Below, piece by piece: positions 19,303 through 29,775 of a stretch of 49,422 bases of DNA (within the stretch, counting starts at the first letter, position 1; the number at the start of each line of letters is the position of its first letter). Below the pieces are notes generated by a model. It was not told the DNA's origin. It did no database searches and saw only the letters and a list, made by a program, of their open reading frames with translations. A program made the position numbers and the translations under genes. Source of the stretch: an uncultured Collinsella sp. (GTDB lineage Bacteria; Actinomycetota; Coriobacteriia; Coriobacteriales; Coriobacteriaceae). The DNA lies in NCBI GenBank assembly GCA_900547805.1, contig URIE01000001.1, positions 1-49,422 on the forward strand, in the 5' to 3' direction.

Positions 19303-19352
19303 CGGCATGTAACATCAGCCGCGGATTGGCGGACACATCCGCGCACACCAGA

Positions 19353-19391
19353 CGGGGCCGCAGGAGTTAATCCTGCGACCCCGCCGTTTTT
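19353..19391 (+). terminator. Intrinsic terminator between convergent operons
   Basis: cggggccgcagga...tcctgcgaccccg stem followed by a T-run. Confidence 0.65.
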
Positions 19392-19411
19392 ATGCCGATG
19401 CGCGACGAGCT

Positions 19412-20032
19412 TTAGCGCTCCATGTTGGGAACGATACTGCCCTCGGTCACCGCATGTACGGCTAGGCGCATGATGTTGTCGTAGCCGGTCTTGCTCAGGA
19501 TCTCCGAGATGCGGCGCTTGATGGTACCCTCACTCATAAACAGCTCGGCCGCAATCTCGCGACGGCTCTTGCCCTCGCAGGCAAGGCGTAAAATCGACAG
19601 CTCGACATCGTCGAGTGCCGCCGTGCCCGAAAAAATGCTCTCGGGCGGCTTGGGAAACGTGCAATAGCCCGCCAGCGTGGAGCGCATCACGGCGAACAGC
19701 TCGTCGATACCGACGTTCTTGTACACAAAGCTATCGACGCCCGCCTCGCGGGCTTGATCGACAAAGGTGATCTCGGGCATGCCGGTCATGATAATGATGC
19801 GACACTCGGGCAGCTGCTCCTTGATGCGCGCCGCCGCCACGATGCCGTTTGAATCGTGTTCGGTGCACACGTCCATCAGTATCATGTCCGGACGCTCCTT
19901 GAGCGCGACACCCAAGGCCTCGGAGGCATCGGCGATGGCGGAAACAACGGTCATATCGGGCTGGTCGCCAACGGAGCGCGCCAGGCTCTCGCGCAGGATG
20001 GCCTGGTCTTCGACGATTAACACGCGGATCAT
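19412..20032 (-). CDS. NarL/LuxR-family response regulator
   Basis: REC domain (IVEDQ, LMDV, T, K) plus LuxR HTH (EIAAELFMSEGTIK); ATGA overlap with the kinase. Confidence 0.9.
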   Translation of the reverse strand: MIRVLIVEDQAILRESLARSVGDQPDMTVVSAIADASEALGVALKERPDMILMDVCTEHDSNGIVAAARIKEQLPECRIIIMTGMPEITFVDQAREAGVDSFVYKNVGIDELFAVMRSTLAGYCTFPKPPESIFSGTAALDDVELSILRLACEGKSRREIAAELFMSEGTIKRRISEILSKTGYDNIMRLAVHAVTEGSIVPNMER

Positions 20033-21528
20033 GAGCTTCTCCTTTGGGACGTGTCGTTGGCGTTAAGCGGGATGGACACCGCAAGCGTAAAGGGCGGGGC
20101 GGCGTGGACCTCTAGGCTGCCACCCAGATCTTGCGCGACATGCCTCATACCTGGGATACCCGTTCCCTCGCGATACGATACGGGGGCCGGGGACCCGTCG
20201 TTAGAAATCGTCATGCGCGCGACGGCGCCAGCATCCGCCCCCTCCTGCCACAGACGCACGTGGACCCGATGCGCCTGCGCATGCTTGGTGGCATTGGTCG
20301 AGGCCTCACGGATAATCTGCAAAAATGCGGTGGCGACACGCGCGTCCTCAGGCAGCGCACCCTCAACATCGATCTGCACACTCACCAAACCAAAAGCATG
20401 GACGATATCACCCAGCTGTTCTGCAGGCTCGCTGGCACCGCCACCGCGCAGATCGGCAGCAATTGAGCGCAGCAACGGATCAATCTGCTCGATCGACTCA
20501 TCGTCCAGACGCCCCTCCTCCAAATAGCGATGAAGAATGGACAGGCGCTGCCCGATCACGTCGTGCACGCGAGCGCGCATACGTAGGTAGGCCGCATTGT
20601 CAGCAACTTTTTTGACTTCTTCGATCTGGGTTTGGAGCTCTTGGCCCGCAAGCTCAAGCAGGTGGTTGGCTTGCGCCAAGCGGTCATGGGCATGCGCGTA
20701 CTCTGTCACATCAAGACCGATAATGCGCTCGAACGAACGGCCCGAAACCATAACGCGATCGCGCACAAATAGGCGAATCTCGGCGGGAGAGACCTCGACC
20801 ACCGCACGCGCCTCACCAAAGCGGTCTAGATTAATCCGCACACGGTTCCTGCTGCTTTCGGGCATTTGCATGCTCAGTTTGCGCAGGTCGTTCCATGTGC
20901 TGCTCATGTCGCCTAGGTCGGTTGGCATATGAAGTTCCACCAGGTTTTTGCGCATGCAGCGGTTCATGAGCAGCGGACGGCCCCTCGGGTCCAGATACAG
21001 GATGCCCACGGGAATCACGTTGATGGTCTCGATCGTCGAGAACATGGTGATATCCTCTTGGCGGTTACGGACGTCCATCAAGAGCGCCGCGATGGAACGG
21101 AACAGGAAGAACGCTCCCTCTGCGATAAGGACAACGGTCCACGCCGAGCCCATGGCAAAAACCACCGGTGGTGTAACGGCGACAACAAGCAGCAGCTCGA
21201 CCAGCATGACGAGGCGACGATAGTGCGCCATAAGTACCACGCCATAGGCAAAGATCGCGGCATTGAGCCACAACGCTCCGCCCATTGCCCTGGCGCAAAC
21301 GTCAAGCGGCGCCACCAGATATGAGCCGCTCGATGCGAACAAGATAAGCGCCGAAATTATCAGGTGAAGCACAAGGCTCGCCTCGTAGGCGCAAATCACC
21401 TTACGGTTATAGGACGAGCGGCGCGATGCGATGAGCGGGACGTGGATCGTCTGCAGACACGCAGCCAGGGCAAAGACAACATCGAGCGCAACGATTTGGG
21501 GAAGGATGAGCGAAATCCGCATCGTCAC
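20029..21528 (-). CDS. Membrane sensor histidine kinase (HisKA_3/NarX-type)
   Basis: H-box RVHDVIGQRL, N-box REASTNATKH, NDG and GTGI motifs; N-terminal TM helices; PAS-like segment. Confidence 0.85.
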   Translation of the reverse strand: MTMRISLILPQIVALDVVFALAACLQTIHVPLIASRRSSYNRKVICAYEASLVLHLIISALILFASSGSYLVAPLDVCARAMGGALWLNAAIFAYGVVLMAHYRRLVMLVELLLVVAVTPPVVFAMGSAWTVVLIAEGAFFLFRSIAALLMDVRNRQEDITMFSTIETINVIPVGILYLDPRGRPLLMNRCMRKNLVELHMPTDLGDMSSTWNDLRKLSMQMPESSRNRVRINLDRFGEARAVVEVSPAEIRLFVRDRVMVSGRSFERIIGLDVTEYAHAHDRLAQANHLLELAGQELQTQIEEVKKVADNAAYLRMRARVHDVIGQRLSILHRYLEEGRLDDESIEQIDPLLRSIAADLRGGGASEPAEQLGDIVHAFGLVSVQIDVEGALPEDARVATAFLQIIREASTNATKHAQAHRVHVRLWQEGADAGAVARMTISNDGSPAPVSYREGTGIPGMRHVAQDLGGSLEVHAAPPFTLAVSIPLNANDTSQRRSS

Positions 21529-23408
21529 TCACCCGCCCTCGGCATCAAGACGATCATGCGCAGCTGGCCGGGCTCGCCCTCAAGGCGGTATGCCACGTTG
21601 CGCCCTTGCAGAGCGCTTTCGAGCTCTTGCGCAGCGGGCGTCTGCGAAAGATCTTCATCATCGTTGGAAAAAAGTGTGGCGCGCAGCTCGACACTGCATC
21701 GGTCATGGTCGCCCAAGTGATACATAAGCGCCGGATGGTCGGTGGTGTAGGCAAAAAACGCAAAGTCATACACGCAGTCGTACAGGGCGCTTACCGTACT
21801 GGCGTGCAACGGGCGCCGTATGGCGACAATCGAGGCGCAATCGATATCGATGGTGCGCAGGTCACTTGCGAGCTCATTGGCAATGAGTTGAATGCGGTCA
21901 CGATCAAAACCGCTCTCCCCGTGCTGTGCCAACGTGAGCGACCCCTTGCGCTTGCAATAGGCGACGAGCATCTTGGCGCGCTGCAGCATGCGGTAACGCT
22001 CGTGCGAAGACGCCTCGTCGGTCAACGGCGGCAGCGAACTCAGCAGGTCGTACATCCCTTCGAGCGCGCGGGCAAGTGCTTGGTCCACGTCTTGGACCAG
22101 CAAGGTCTCGGCCTCTTGATCTGCCAGGTGCGTCTTAAGGTCGTAGTCGGCGGCGAGCAGCTCGTTTTGACGCTGCAGTTCCATGCGACGATGTGCCAGT
22201 TCACGGTTAAGCTCGTTGAGATCCGACACGTCTTGGGCAAGCAGGGCCGATCCGCCCAGCAGTGGAAAGGCACGGTACACCACATCGGGATCGGACGCCA
22301 CAGCAAAGGCATGGGCATGGCCGTGCTCCTGGGTCCGCAACTCCTCGCGCACGCCTACCGGCATTGGCTTTGACGCCGGCGTGGCATAGACCTCCTGCAG
22401 GTCGCGCGTTAGAACTTTGAGGTCGAGCGGCAAGGTGTCGAAGATGCCGGCGATGTCGTGAAACGACGGAATGACACCGCAATCGAGACAGATTTCCATC
22501 GCCACCACGCACAGGACGCAATAGACGAGCGAAAAGTTGAGCCTCCATGCCCAGGGCACGCGCAACGCATACGAGACGGCAAAGAATGCGCCACCCAGCA
22601 GTACGAGCGCCGCCGTGCCCGAGAAACGCTGGATGCGAAAGGACGAGGACCGGCCCACCAGGATAAAAAAGGCCACAAAGTTAAAGGCCGTCCACACTAA
22701 GACGGCGAAATAACCCCAGCCGTACGTGTAATCGTTGCTCCAGGTGTCGCTTGCACGGTCAAAGTGGAATACCTGCCGGTGGAAATCGTTGGTGAGCACA
22801 AAACCGATAAGTAGGATGGCCACGACCCACAGGATGCTGCGATAGCGACGGCCCACACGGTGTTGTTCCAGCCCCGCAAGGCGCAGGCCGCACAGCTGGT
22901 AGAGCAGCGGAATGAGCGTCATGGGCACGTAGTACAGGTACCACAGCACGGTGGCATAGAACGGTGTGAACGACTTGTATTTGAGGATGACCTCAATCAT
23001 CCAGAGGGCGCAGATGGTGGCGACGGCAACAAGGCGGCGGCGCAACACATAGTCCAAACAGCGTAGATAGACCGATACACCCCAGATCGAAAATATAATT
23101 GCGGCGACAAGCAACGGGAGAGAGCTCGAGTGGACGAGCGCATCCACGACCTCTTCGGACACCTCGCTATAGGCGGGCACGGCGTTGGAAAGCTTGGGGT
23201 CGGAGGCAAACAGCGCCGGCAAGACTGCCAAAACCATGAGGAACAGCGCGGTGATGGCGCCGGCGATAGCAAAGACGCGGTGACGGTACACCCGATGTGT
23301 TATGCCAACGAGGAATCGCGGCATGGCGAAGAGCCTGCCGCCCCTGGGATCCGCCACCGGCGCGGATCGGGCGGCCGCATGGCCGATATGTCGCTCGCGG
23401 GTACCCAT
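21525..23408 (-). CDS. 7TM-type sensor with degenerate kinase core (putative pseudokinase)
   Basis: HisKA_7TM-like region (VLTNDFHRQVF...YTYG) and coiled coil; no H-, N- or G-box recognisable; GTGA overlap with the kinase. Confidence 0.7.
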   Translation of the reverse strand: MGTRERHIGHAAARSAPVADPRGGRLFAMPRFLVGITHRVYRHRVFAIAGAITALFLMVLAVLPALFASDPKLSNAVPAYSEVSEEVVDALVHSSSLPLLVAAIIFSIWGVSVYLRCLDYVLRRRLVAVATICALWMIEVILKYKSFTPFYATVLWYLYYVPMTLIPLLYQLCGLRLAGLEQHRVGRRYRSILWVVAILLIGFVLTNDFHRQVFHFDRASDTWSNDYTYGWGYFAVLVWTAFNFVAFFILVGRSSSFRIQRFSGTAALVLLGGAFFAVSYALRVPWAWRLNFSLVYCVLCVVAMEICLDCGVIPSFHDIAGIFDTLPLDLKVLTRDLQEVYATPASKPMPVGVREELRTQEHGHAHAFAVASDPDVVYRAFPLLGGSALLAQDVSDLNELNRELAHRRMELQRQNELLAADYDLKTHLADQEAETLLVQDVDQALARALEGMYDLLSSLPPLTDEASSHERYRMLQRAKMLVAYCKRKGSLTLAQHGESGFDRDRIQLIANELASDLRTIDIDCASIVAIRRPLHASTVSALYDCVYDFAFFAYTTDHPALMYHLGDHDRCSVELRATLFSNDDEDLSQTPAAQELESALQGRNVAYRLEGEPGQLRMIVLMPRAGE

Positions 23409-23440
23409 AGTGCTTTTAGTGTACCGACAGGCAGGCTCAA

Positions 23441-23460
23441 AAAACGGGCCGCATGTCCCA
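23441..23460. promoter_or_regulatory. Putative autoregulatory response-regulator box
   Basis: Matches 14891-14910; lies just upstream of a TACACT -10-like hexamer on the minus strand. Confidence 0.5.
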
Positions 23461-23558
23461 AAATCCGCGGACGGCAAAACGCCCGGCAAGCACAAACTGC
23501 TCGCCGGGCGCTTTGGTTAGGAGACTATGATTGCCGGGAAAGCCTAGGACAGGTCTGT

Positions 23559-25114
<1,556 letters not shown>

Positions 25115-25285
25115 TCACACGCTGTTTGTCGTGATTTCAGTATCCCCGCAAATGGGGCCCTGCCCAACGACAACAGCGCAGGTCGACACTTCTTTTCGCA
25201 CGCAGCCGCCCAACAGCCGCCCACACCTGACACTTTTTGATACCTCGCGTGCACGAAAAAGCACCCGCCCACACGCCGCGAACGT

Positions 25286-25406
25286 CAAGTGAGTAGACTT
25301 TTTGGCAAAACTCAACCAGACCCGCCTTTGACGCCATCAAAACCGCAGGTAGCTTACCTGGCATGTTCCGGCGTGGTCAGACTAAGCCAAAAAGTCTACT
25401 CACTTG
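25286..25406. repeat. 121-bp element with perfect 21-bp terminal inverted repeats
   Basis: caagtgagtagactttttggc ... gccaaaaagtctactcacttg. Confidence 0.85.
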
Positions 25407-25464
25407 CAAAAAAGGGCGCCTCCACAACAGCGAAGGCGCCCTCGGGTGGCAGACCATTTGACTG

Positions 25465-25502
25465 AATAGGAAAGAAAGGAAAAAATAGGAAAGAAAGGAA
25501 AG
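25465..25502 (+). promoter_or_regulatory. Tandem 19-bp direct repeat overlapping promoter/RBS of the AAA ATPase
   Basis: aataggaaagaaaggaaaa followed by aataggaaagaaaggaaag, right after TTGACT (25458-25463). Confidence 0.7.
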
Positions 25503-25509
25503 GAGACTT

Positions 25510-26616
25510 ATGACTGAAACCATCTTCTCCCCCTCATTTGGAAATCGCCCATCCTATCTCGTCGGGCGCGAAACTGTAATTTCGACATTCATATCCGGCC
25601 TTGAGCAGGAACCGGGCAATCGCGACCGAGCCATGCTCATGCTTGGACAGCGAGGCAGCGGCAAGACAGTTCTTCTGTGGGAACTTGCCGACCGCGCACG
25701 CAAGCTCGGCTTTGTTGTCGCCACGCCTACCGTAGCCTCCGAGGATATGCTCGAGCGCATTGTCGAGAAAATCCAAGAAGCAGGCAAACCTTACGTCAAC
25801 AAACGCCGCCTTCCCAAACTCGCGAGCGGCAGCCTAAGTGTTTTCGGGCTCTCGGCAGGCCTCGAGTTCACACGAGACGTGCAGGAGACCAAGAGCTTTC
25901 AGTTCAAGCTCACGCAGCTCGCGCGCAAACTGACCGAGCAGGGGCACGGCATCCTCATCCTCATCGACGAGCTCCAAGCAAATTCACCCGAGATCAGACA
26001 GCTCGTCACCGCCTATCAAGAGCTGGTCGGCGAACGACTCAACGTCGCGCTCGTCATGGCGGGCCTTCCGGGAGCCGTCTGCGCAACACTCAATGACCGT
26101 GTGCTGACATTTCTCAACCGCGCTCGAAAGGTCACGCTCGAGCCACTTTCGGTCGGAGATGTCGATACCTATTACCAGCGGGCTTTCGATGAGCTCGGCC
26201 TTGATATTCCAAGCGATCTTCGCCTCCGTGCCGCTCGCGCAACCCAAGGCTCGCCCTATATGCTGCAACTCATCGGCTATAACATCGCCAATCGCTGCAG
26301 GACAGGCGAACGTGCGACGCAAGGGTTAATCGACGGAGCTATCGAAGCGTCGAAAGTCGATTTCGAAAACGATGTGTGCGAAACGACGCTCGCCGCGCTG
26401 TCAGACCAAGACGTCGCGTTTCTCTCCGCAATGACTGATGACGAAGACGCTGTGTCTCGCATTTCTGATGTTGCGAAGCGCATGTCAGTCACACCCGACT
26501 ATGCGCAAAAGTATCGCCGGCGCCTCATCGACGCCGGCGTTATCGAGCAGGCGCGCCGCGGCTACGTGCGCTTCGCCGTCCCCTATATGGCCGATTACCT
26601 GCGCAGCCAGCTCTAG
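25510..26616 (+). CDS. AAA-family ATP-binding protein with C-terminal winged helix
   Basis: F.PSFG.RP..LVGR, Walker A GQRGSGKT, Walker B LILIDELQ, GSPY, C-terminal YRRRLIDAGVI...RG. Confidence 0.85.
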   Translation: MTETIFSPSFGNRPSYLVGRETVISTFISGLEQEPGNRDRAMLMLGQRGSGKTVLLWELADRARKLGFVVATPTVASEDMLERIVEKIQEAGKPYVNKRRLPKLASGSLSVFGLSAGLEFTRDVQETKSFQFKLTQLARKLTEQGHGILILIDELQANSPEIRQLVTAYQELVGERLNVALVMAGLPGAVCATLNDRVLTFLNRARKVTLEPLSVGDVDTYYQRAFDELGLDIPSDLRLRAARATQGSPYMLQLIGYNIANRCRTGERATQGLIDGAIEASKVDFENDVCETTLAALSDQDVAFLSAMTDDEDAVSRISDVAKRMSVTPDYAQKYRRRLIDAGVIEQARRGYVRFAVPYMADYLRSQL

Positions 26617-26617
26617 G

Positions 26618-26657
26618 CAACCACCGCAAAGGGGACAGGCACCTTTGTGGCGGATTG
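26618..26657. repeat. REP-like palindrome, family A, copy 3 (inverted)
   Basis: ccaccgcaaaggggacaggcacctttgtggcgg is the reverse complement of the family A core. Confidence 0.8.
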
Positions 26658-26667
26658 GGCCCGTTTG

Positions 26668-26802
26668 TCTCAATCTGTAACAGTTAGGCCGTCAAAACCG
26701 GGCTTGGCGTTACAGATTGAGATTGTCCGGGCGGCCCCCGCGGTTCGTCTTGATCTGTAACAGATAGAGACGATTTAGCGCGCCAACTGTTACAGACCGA
26801 GA
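26668..26802. repeat. Two tandem 55-bp palindromic units (80-bp period)
   Basis: tctcaatctgtaac..gttacagattgaga (26668-26722) and tcttgatctgtaac..gttacagaccgaga (26748-26802). Confidence 0.8.
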
Positions 26803-26811
26803 TGAAGGACC

Positions 26812-27456
26812 CTAATCCACGGTGATGTCGAGGTTCTTGCCGACGAGGCCTACGTAGCCGCCCTCGGCAGCCTTGGGGCTATCGGCGTGGCAGAGGACCC
26901 ACTTGTCGGCCTTCCAGTAGCAGTAGCTGTCGCCGGCCGCGGGCATGTTGGCAGCAGCCTCGGGGCGCGGGCCATTAGTACCAGCGGGCAGCGCGACCAT
27001 CACCTGGAAGCCGCCCTCGTCGACCATGCACGGCGTATAGTGCAGCGTGGTGGCGTAGACCTCGACAAGCGTGCCGGCAGGGGCACGGAAGGCCTTGACC
27101 TGCGCGGTGTCGAGCTTGCCGTCGACAATCTGCTCACGCTTAGCGAGCAGCAGGATAAAGTCACGAGCACCCAGGTTGAACTCGCTCGCGCGGTGATACT
27201 CCAGGCAGTTGAGCTTCGTGTTGTGGCCGTTGCACCAGCCCAGCTGGAACGGACGGCCGCCATACATGAGCAGGCCGAGCGTGTCGGAGCCCTCGACCTG
27301 TTCGAGCTCGGGCGCGGAGGCCACGTACTTGCTGCCTTCGGGGATGGGCGTTGCGGAGAGCGTCTCGACGAACGGGGCGGTCAGGCCGGACGGGACGTCA
27401 TCCCACACGCGGCCATAGGGTTTGAATTCGGGGTCGGTAACAGAGTAGATATGCAT
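26812..27456 (-). CDS. DUF4867 family protein
   Basis: IYSVTDPEFKPYG, GWCNGHNTKLNCLEYH, VEVYATTLHYTP and LPAGTN; CAGGAG RBS. Confidence 0.85.
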   Translation of the reverse strand: MHIYSVTDPEFKPYGRVWDDVPSGLTAPFVETLSATPIPEGSKYVASAPELEQVEGSDTLGLLMYGGRPFQLGWCNGHNTKLNCLEYHRASEFNLGARDFILLLAKREQIVDGKLDTAQVKAFRAPAGTLVEVYATTLHYTPCMVDEGGFQVMVALPAGTNGPRPEAAANMPAAGDSYCYWKADKWVLCHADSPKAAEGGYVGLVGKNLDITVD

Positions 27457-27540
27457 GTTCGCTCCTGTTCGTTTGTGTGATATTACGAACATTCTAGAAC
27501 AATCACGCGCGGTTTTAAACGTCCACCATGTCCGCTCAAC

Positions 27541-27572
27541 AAAAAGGCGCCCCCGCATAAGCGAAGGCGCCC
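27541..27572 (-). terminator. Intrinsic terminator after luxS
   Basis: ggcgcc stem followed by TTTTT on the minus strand. Confidence 0.65.
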
Positions 27573-27600
27573 CGTGAGCTCATTTTGAGCGACGAAACCT

Positions 27601-28089
27601 TTACGCCTGCTGATAGTGCAGGTGCGCCTCGTCGATATCGGCCAGATCGCGGTCGAGATAGCGACGCGCGAGCCAATTGGCCATGGGGAGATTCTGGTCC
27701 AGGTAGTTACCGCACTCTTCGGGAGCGGCACCGGGGACATCGCCCTCGAAACCAGCGACAAACTCGAACAACTCGCGCACGAGCGGCAAGATCTCCTCAC
27801 TCGTCACCTCGCCAAACACGACAAGGTAAAAGCCCGTGCGGCAGCCCATGGGCCCAAAGTAGACGATGCGGCTCGACCACTCGGCATGGTTGCGAAGGAA
27901 CGTCGCGCCCAGGTGCTCGATGGTGTGGCACTCGGCCGTGTTCATGACCGGCTCCTTGTTGGGCGTGGTCAGACGCAGGTCAAAGGTGGTGACGGCGGCG
28001 CCGGTCGCCGGATCGCGGTCGACGCGGCTCACATACACGCCTGGTTCAAGCAGCAGATGATCAACGGAAAAACTCGCGATGCGCTCCAT
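27601..28089 (-). CDS. luxS: S-ribosylhomocysteine lyase
   Basis: IASF.VDH, HTIEH, GPMGCRTGFY and ECGNY motifs. Confidence 0.96.
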   Translation of the reverse strand: MERIASFSVDHLLLEPGVYVSRVDRDPATGAAVTTFDLRLTTPNKEPVMNTAECHTIEHLGATFLRNHAEWSSRIVYFGPMGCRTGFYLVVFGEVTSEEILPLVRELFEFVAGFEGDVPGAAPEECGNYLDQNLPMANWLARRYLDRDLADIDEAHLHYQQA

Positions 28090-28103
28090 GGCAAATCCTT
28101 TCG

Positions 28104-28204
28104 GTAGTCAATTTGGGACGGGGCTCTTTTAGTTGGTCGCAACAATCGCACCCATGATAGCAGTCAAAAAAGCCCCGTCCCAAATGACTACTTTGGGACG
28201 GGGC
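28104..28204. repeat. Cluster of three GTAG-headed REP-like units (family C) in the luxS leader
   Basis: gtagtcaatttgggacggggc (28104); inverted copy at 28160-28191; partial copy at 28192-28204. Confidence 0.75.
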
Positions 28205-28360
28205 GCCGCGCAGCCGATAATATCGACCGTTCAGCATCTAGTTTTCTGACCCCTCACCTATTGATGCTGCGTCGTCCGCAATGCAGAGCGTGCGAGCAGC
28301 TCAACAGCCAAGAACCCGGCAGCGACTGTAATCGCCACCAGACCAATCGATGGCCTGCAC

Positions 28361-29299
28361 TTACAGCACTCGCAAACAAGTTGCAACGGCACCGTAGATA
28401 TTGGCGTCGTTACCCAGCTGTGCCGGGACTACGTGCGGACGAGGCATATCTTTCAGAAAACCAGTGTAGTGCGCCATGACGTCATCCATCTTACGGTCGA
28501 GCGCCTCGAACAGCGCGGGATGGCAGCTGATGCCACCACCAATCGCGAAGACCGCCGGGTCGATAACGCACTGCAGATTCACAAGCACACGATCAAACAG
28601 CTCAGCATAGGCATCCAATCCGCGCTGCACGGCGGCGACTTCGGACGCGCCCCCGCGCTCCAATAGCTCGAAGATCCGTCGGCCATCGAGGGCCTCCAGT
28701 TCAGCTTCATCCGAAATGCCAAGTTCGACTGCCACGAGATTCTGCAGGCCGTGCCATCCGCTCGAAGTCGCGAATGTATCGCAATGATCAAGCGGTTCGT
28801 TTACGTTGTTGGACAGGAAGCTGAACTCGCCCGCGAAGCCGCCCGCACCCGTCAGCACCCGGCCGTCAACCACGATGCCTCCGCCGATGCCCGTACCGAG
28901 TACCGCCACGCAACCCACGTCCACGCCGCGCAACGCGCCGGCAGCGTACTCGCCAAGCGCACAGCTTTTGCCGTCGTTGACAACGGTCACAGGCAGCCCC
29001 AGCCGTTCGCGCAGCGCTCGGCCAAGCGGAAACCCGTCCATGTACGGCAGCGCACCACCGCGATGGATCGTCCCGTCTGGATCGACCTCGTAACCGAAGA
29101 TGCCACCCGGGGCCGAGATGCCCACGCCTACAACCTGTCCGCGATACGGCCCTACGAGTGCCGCGAGCGCGTCGACCAGCTGATCGGCCGAGACGAACGC
29201 CGTCGGAATCGAACCACGGTCACCAAACTCGTAGTTCTCATTCACAATCGCCCATTTGACGCTCGTTCCGCCGATATCAATTCCAAACAGCTGCCTCAT
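28361..29299 (-). CDS. ROK family sugar kinase (BglK-like, no Cys-rich Zn motif)
   Basis: GIDIGGT, NDGKSCALGE, GTGIGGG, AGEF, LGNDANIYGA; no N-terminal HTH. Confidence 0.88.
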   Translation of the reverse strand: MRQLFGIDIGGTSVKWAIVNENYEFGDRGSIPTAFVSADQLVDALAALVGPYRGQVVGVGISAPGGIFGYEVDPDGTIHRGGALPYMDGFPLGRALRERLGLPVTVVNDGKSCALGEYAAGALRGVDVGCVAVLGTGIGGGIVVDGRVLTGAGGFAGEFSFLSNNVNEPLDHCDTFATSSGWHGLQNLVAVELGISDEAELEALDGRRIFELLERGGASEVAAVQRGLDAYAELFDRVLVNLQCVIDPAVFAIGGGISCHPALFEALDRKMDDVMAHYTGFLKDMPRPHVVPAQLGNDANIYGAVATCLRVL

Positions 29300-29325
29300 G
29301 GCCGCTCCCCTCTCGCTCAATGCGT

Positions 29326-29706
29326 CTACATGCTCGCAGGCTCTTCCATAAAGGCCATGAGCCTGCGGTTGAGCAGACGACCCCAAAACGTGCAGATACC
29401 GCCCGCCAGGAGCGCGGCGGCTACGGTGCCGATACCGATGCCCACCACAGTACCCGTACGCACAAGCCCGTAGACCAGTGCGATACATACACAGCCCCCG
29501 TCAAAGAAATACTCTGCCTTACCAAATTCACAGTGAAACACCTAGGAGAGCGTCTGCACCATGCCGTCAGGCGCAACGGGGACGAGCCGCGCGGAAACGA
29601 TCAGCGTCACGCCGAGCGCCGTGCGTGCATTCATTACAACGCCGCAACTCAGGAATAGAATCCCACATACGTAGACCATCATTCGACGCGTTGGACTCTA
29701 CCGCAT
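29326..29706 (-). pseudogene. YczE/YitT-like (DUF6198-type) membrane protein remnant
   Basis: MR*SPTRRMMVYVCGILFLSCG...ALGV|TLIVSARLVPVAPDGMVQTLS*...FD...GIGIGTV. Two TAG stops (29698, 29542) and about half the usual length. Confidence 0.75.
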
Positions 29707-29775
29707 CACATCACACTCTCGTTCGCATCTTTACCTATCGGCACGAATAGCGCTCCGTGATATCGCCCCAGGGCG

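Noticed and set aside
26668..26802. Mini-CRISPR array
   Set aside because: Units alternate in orientation, there are only two, and no cas genes are present.
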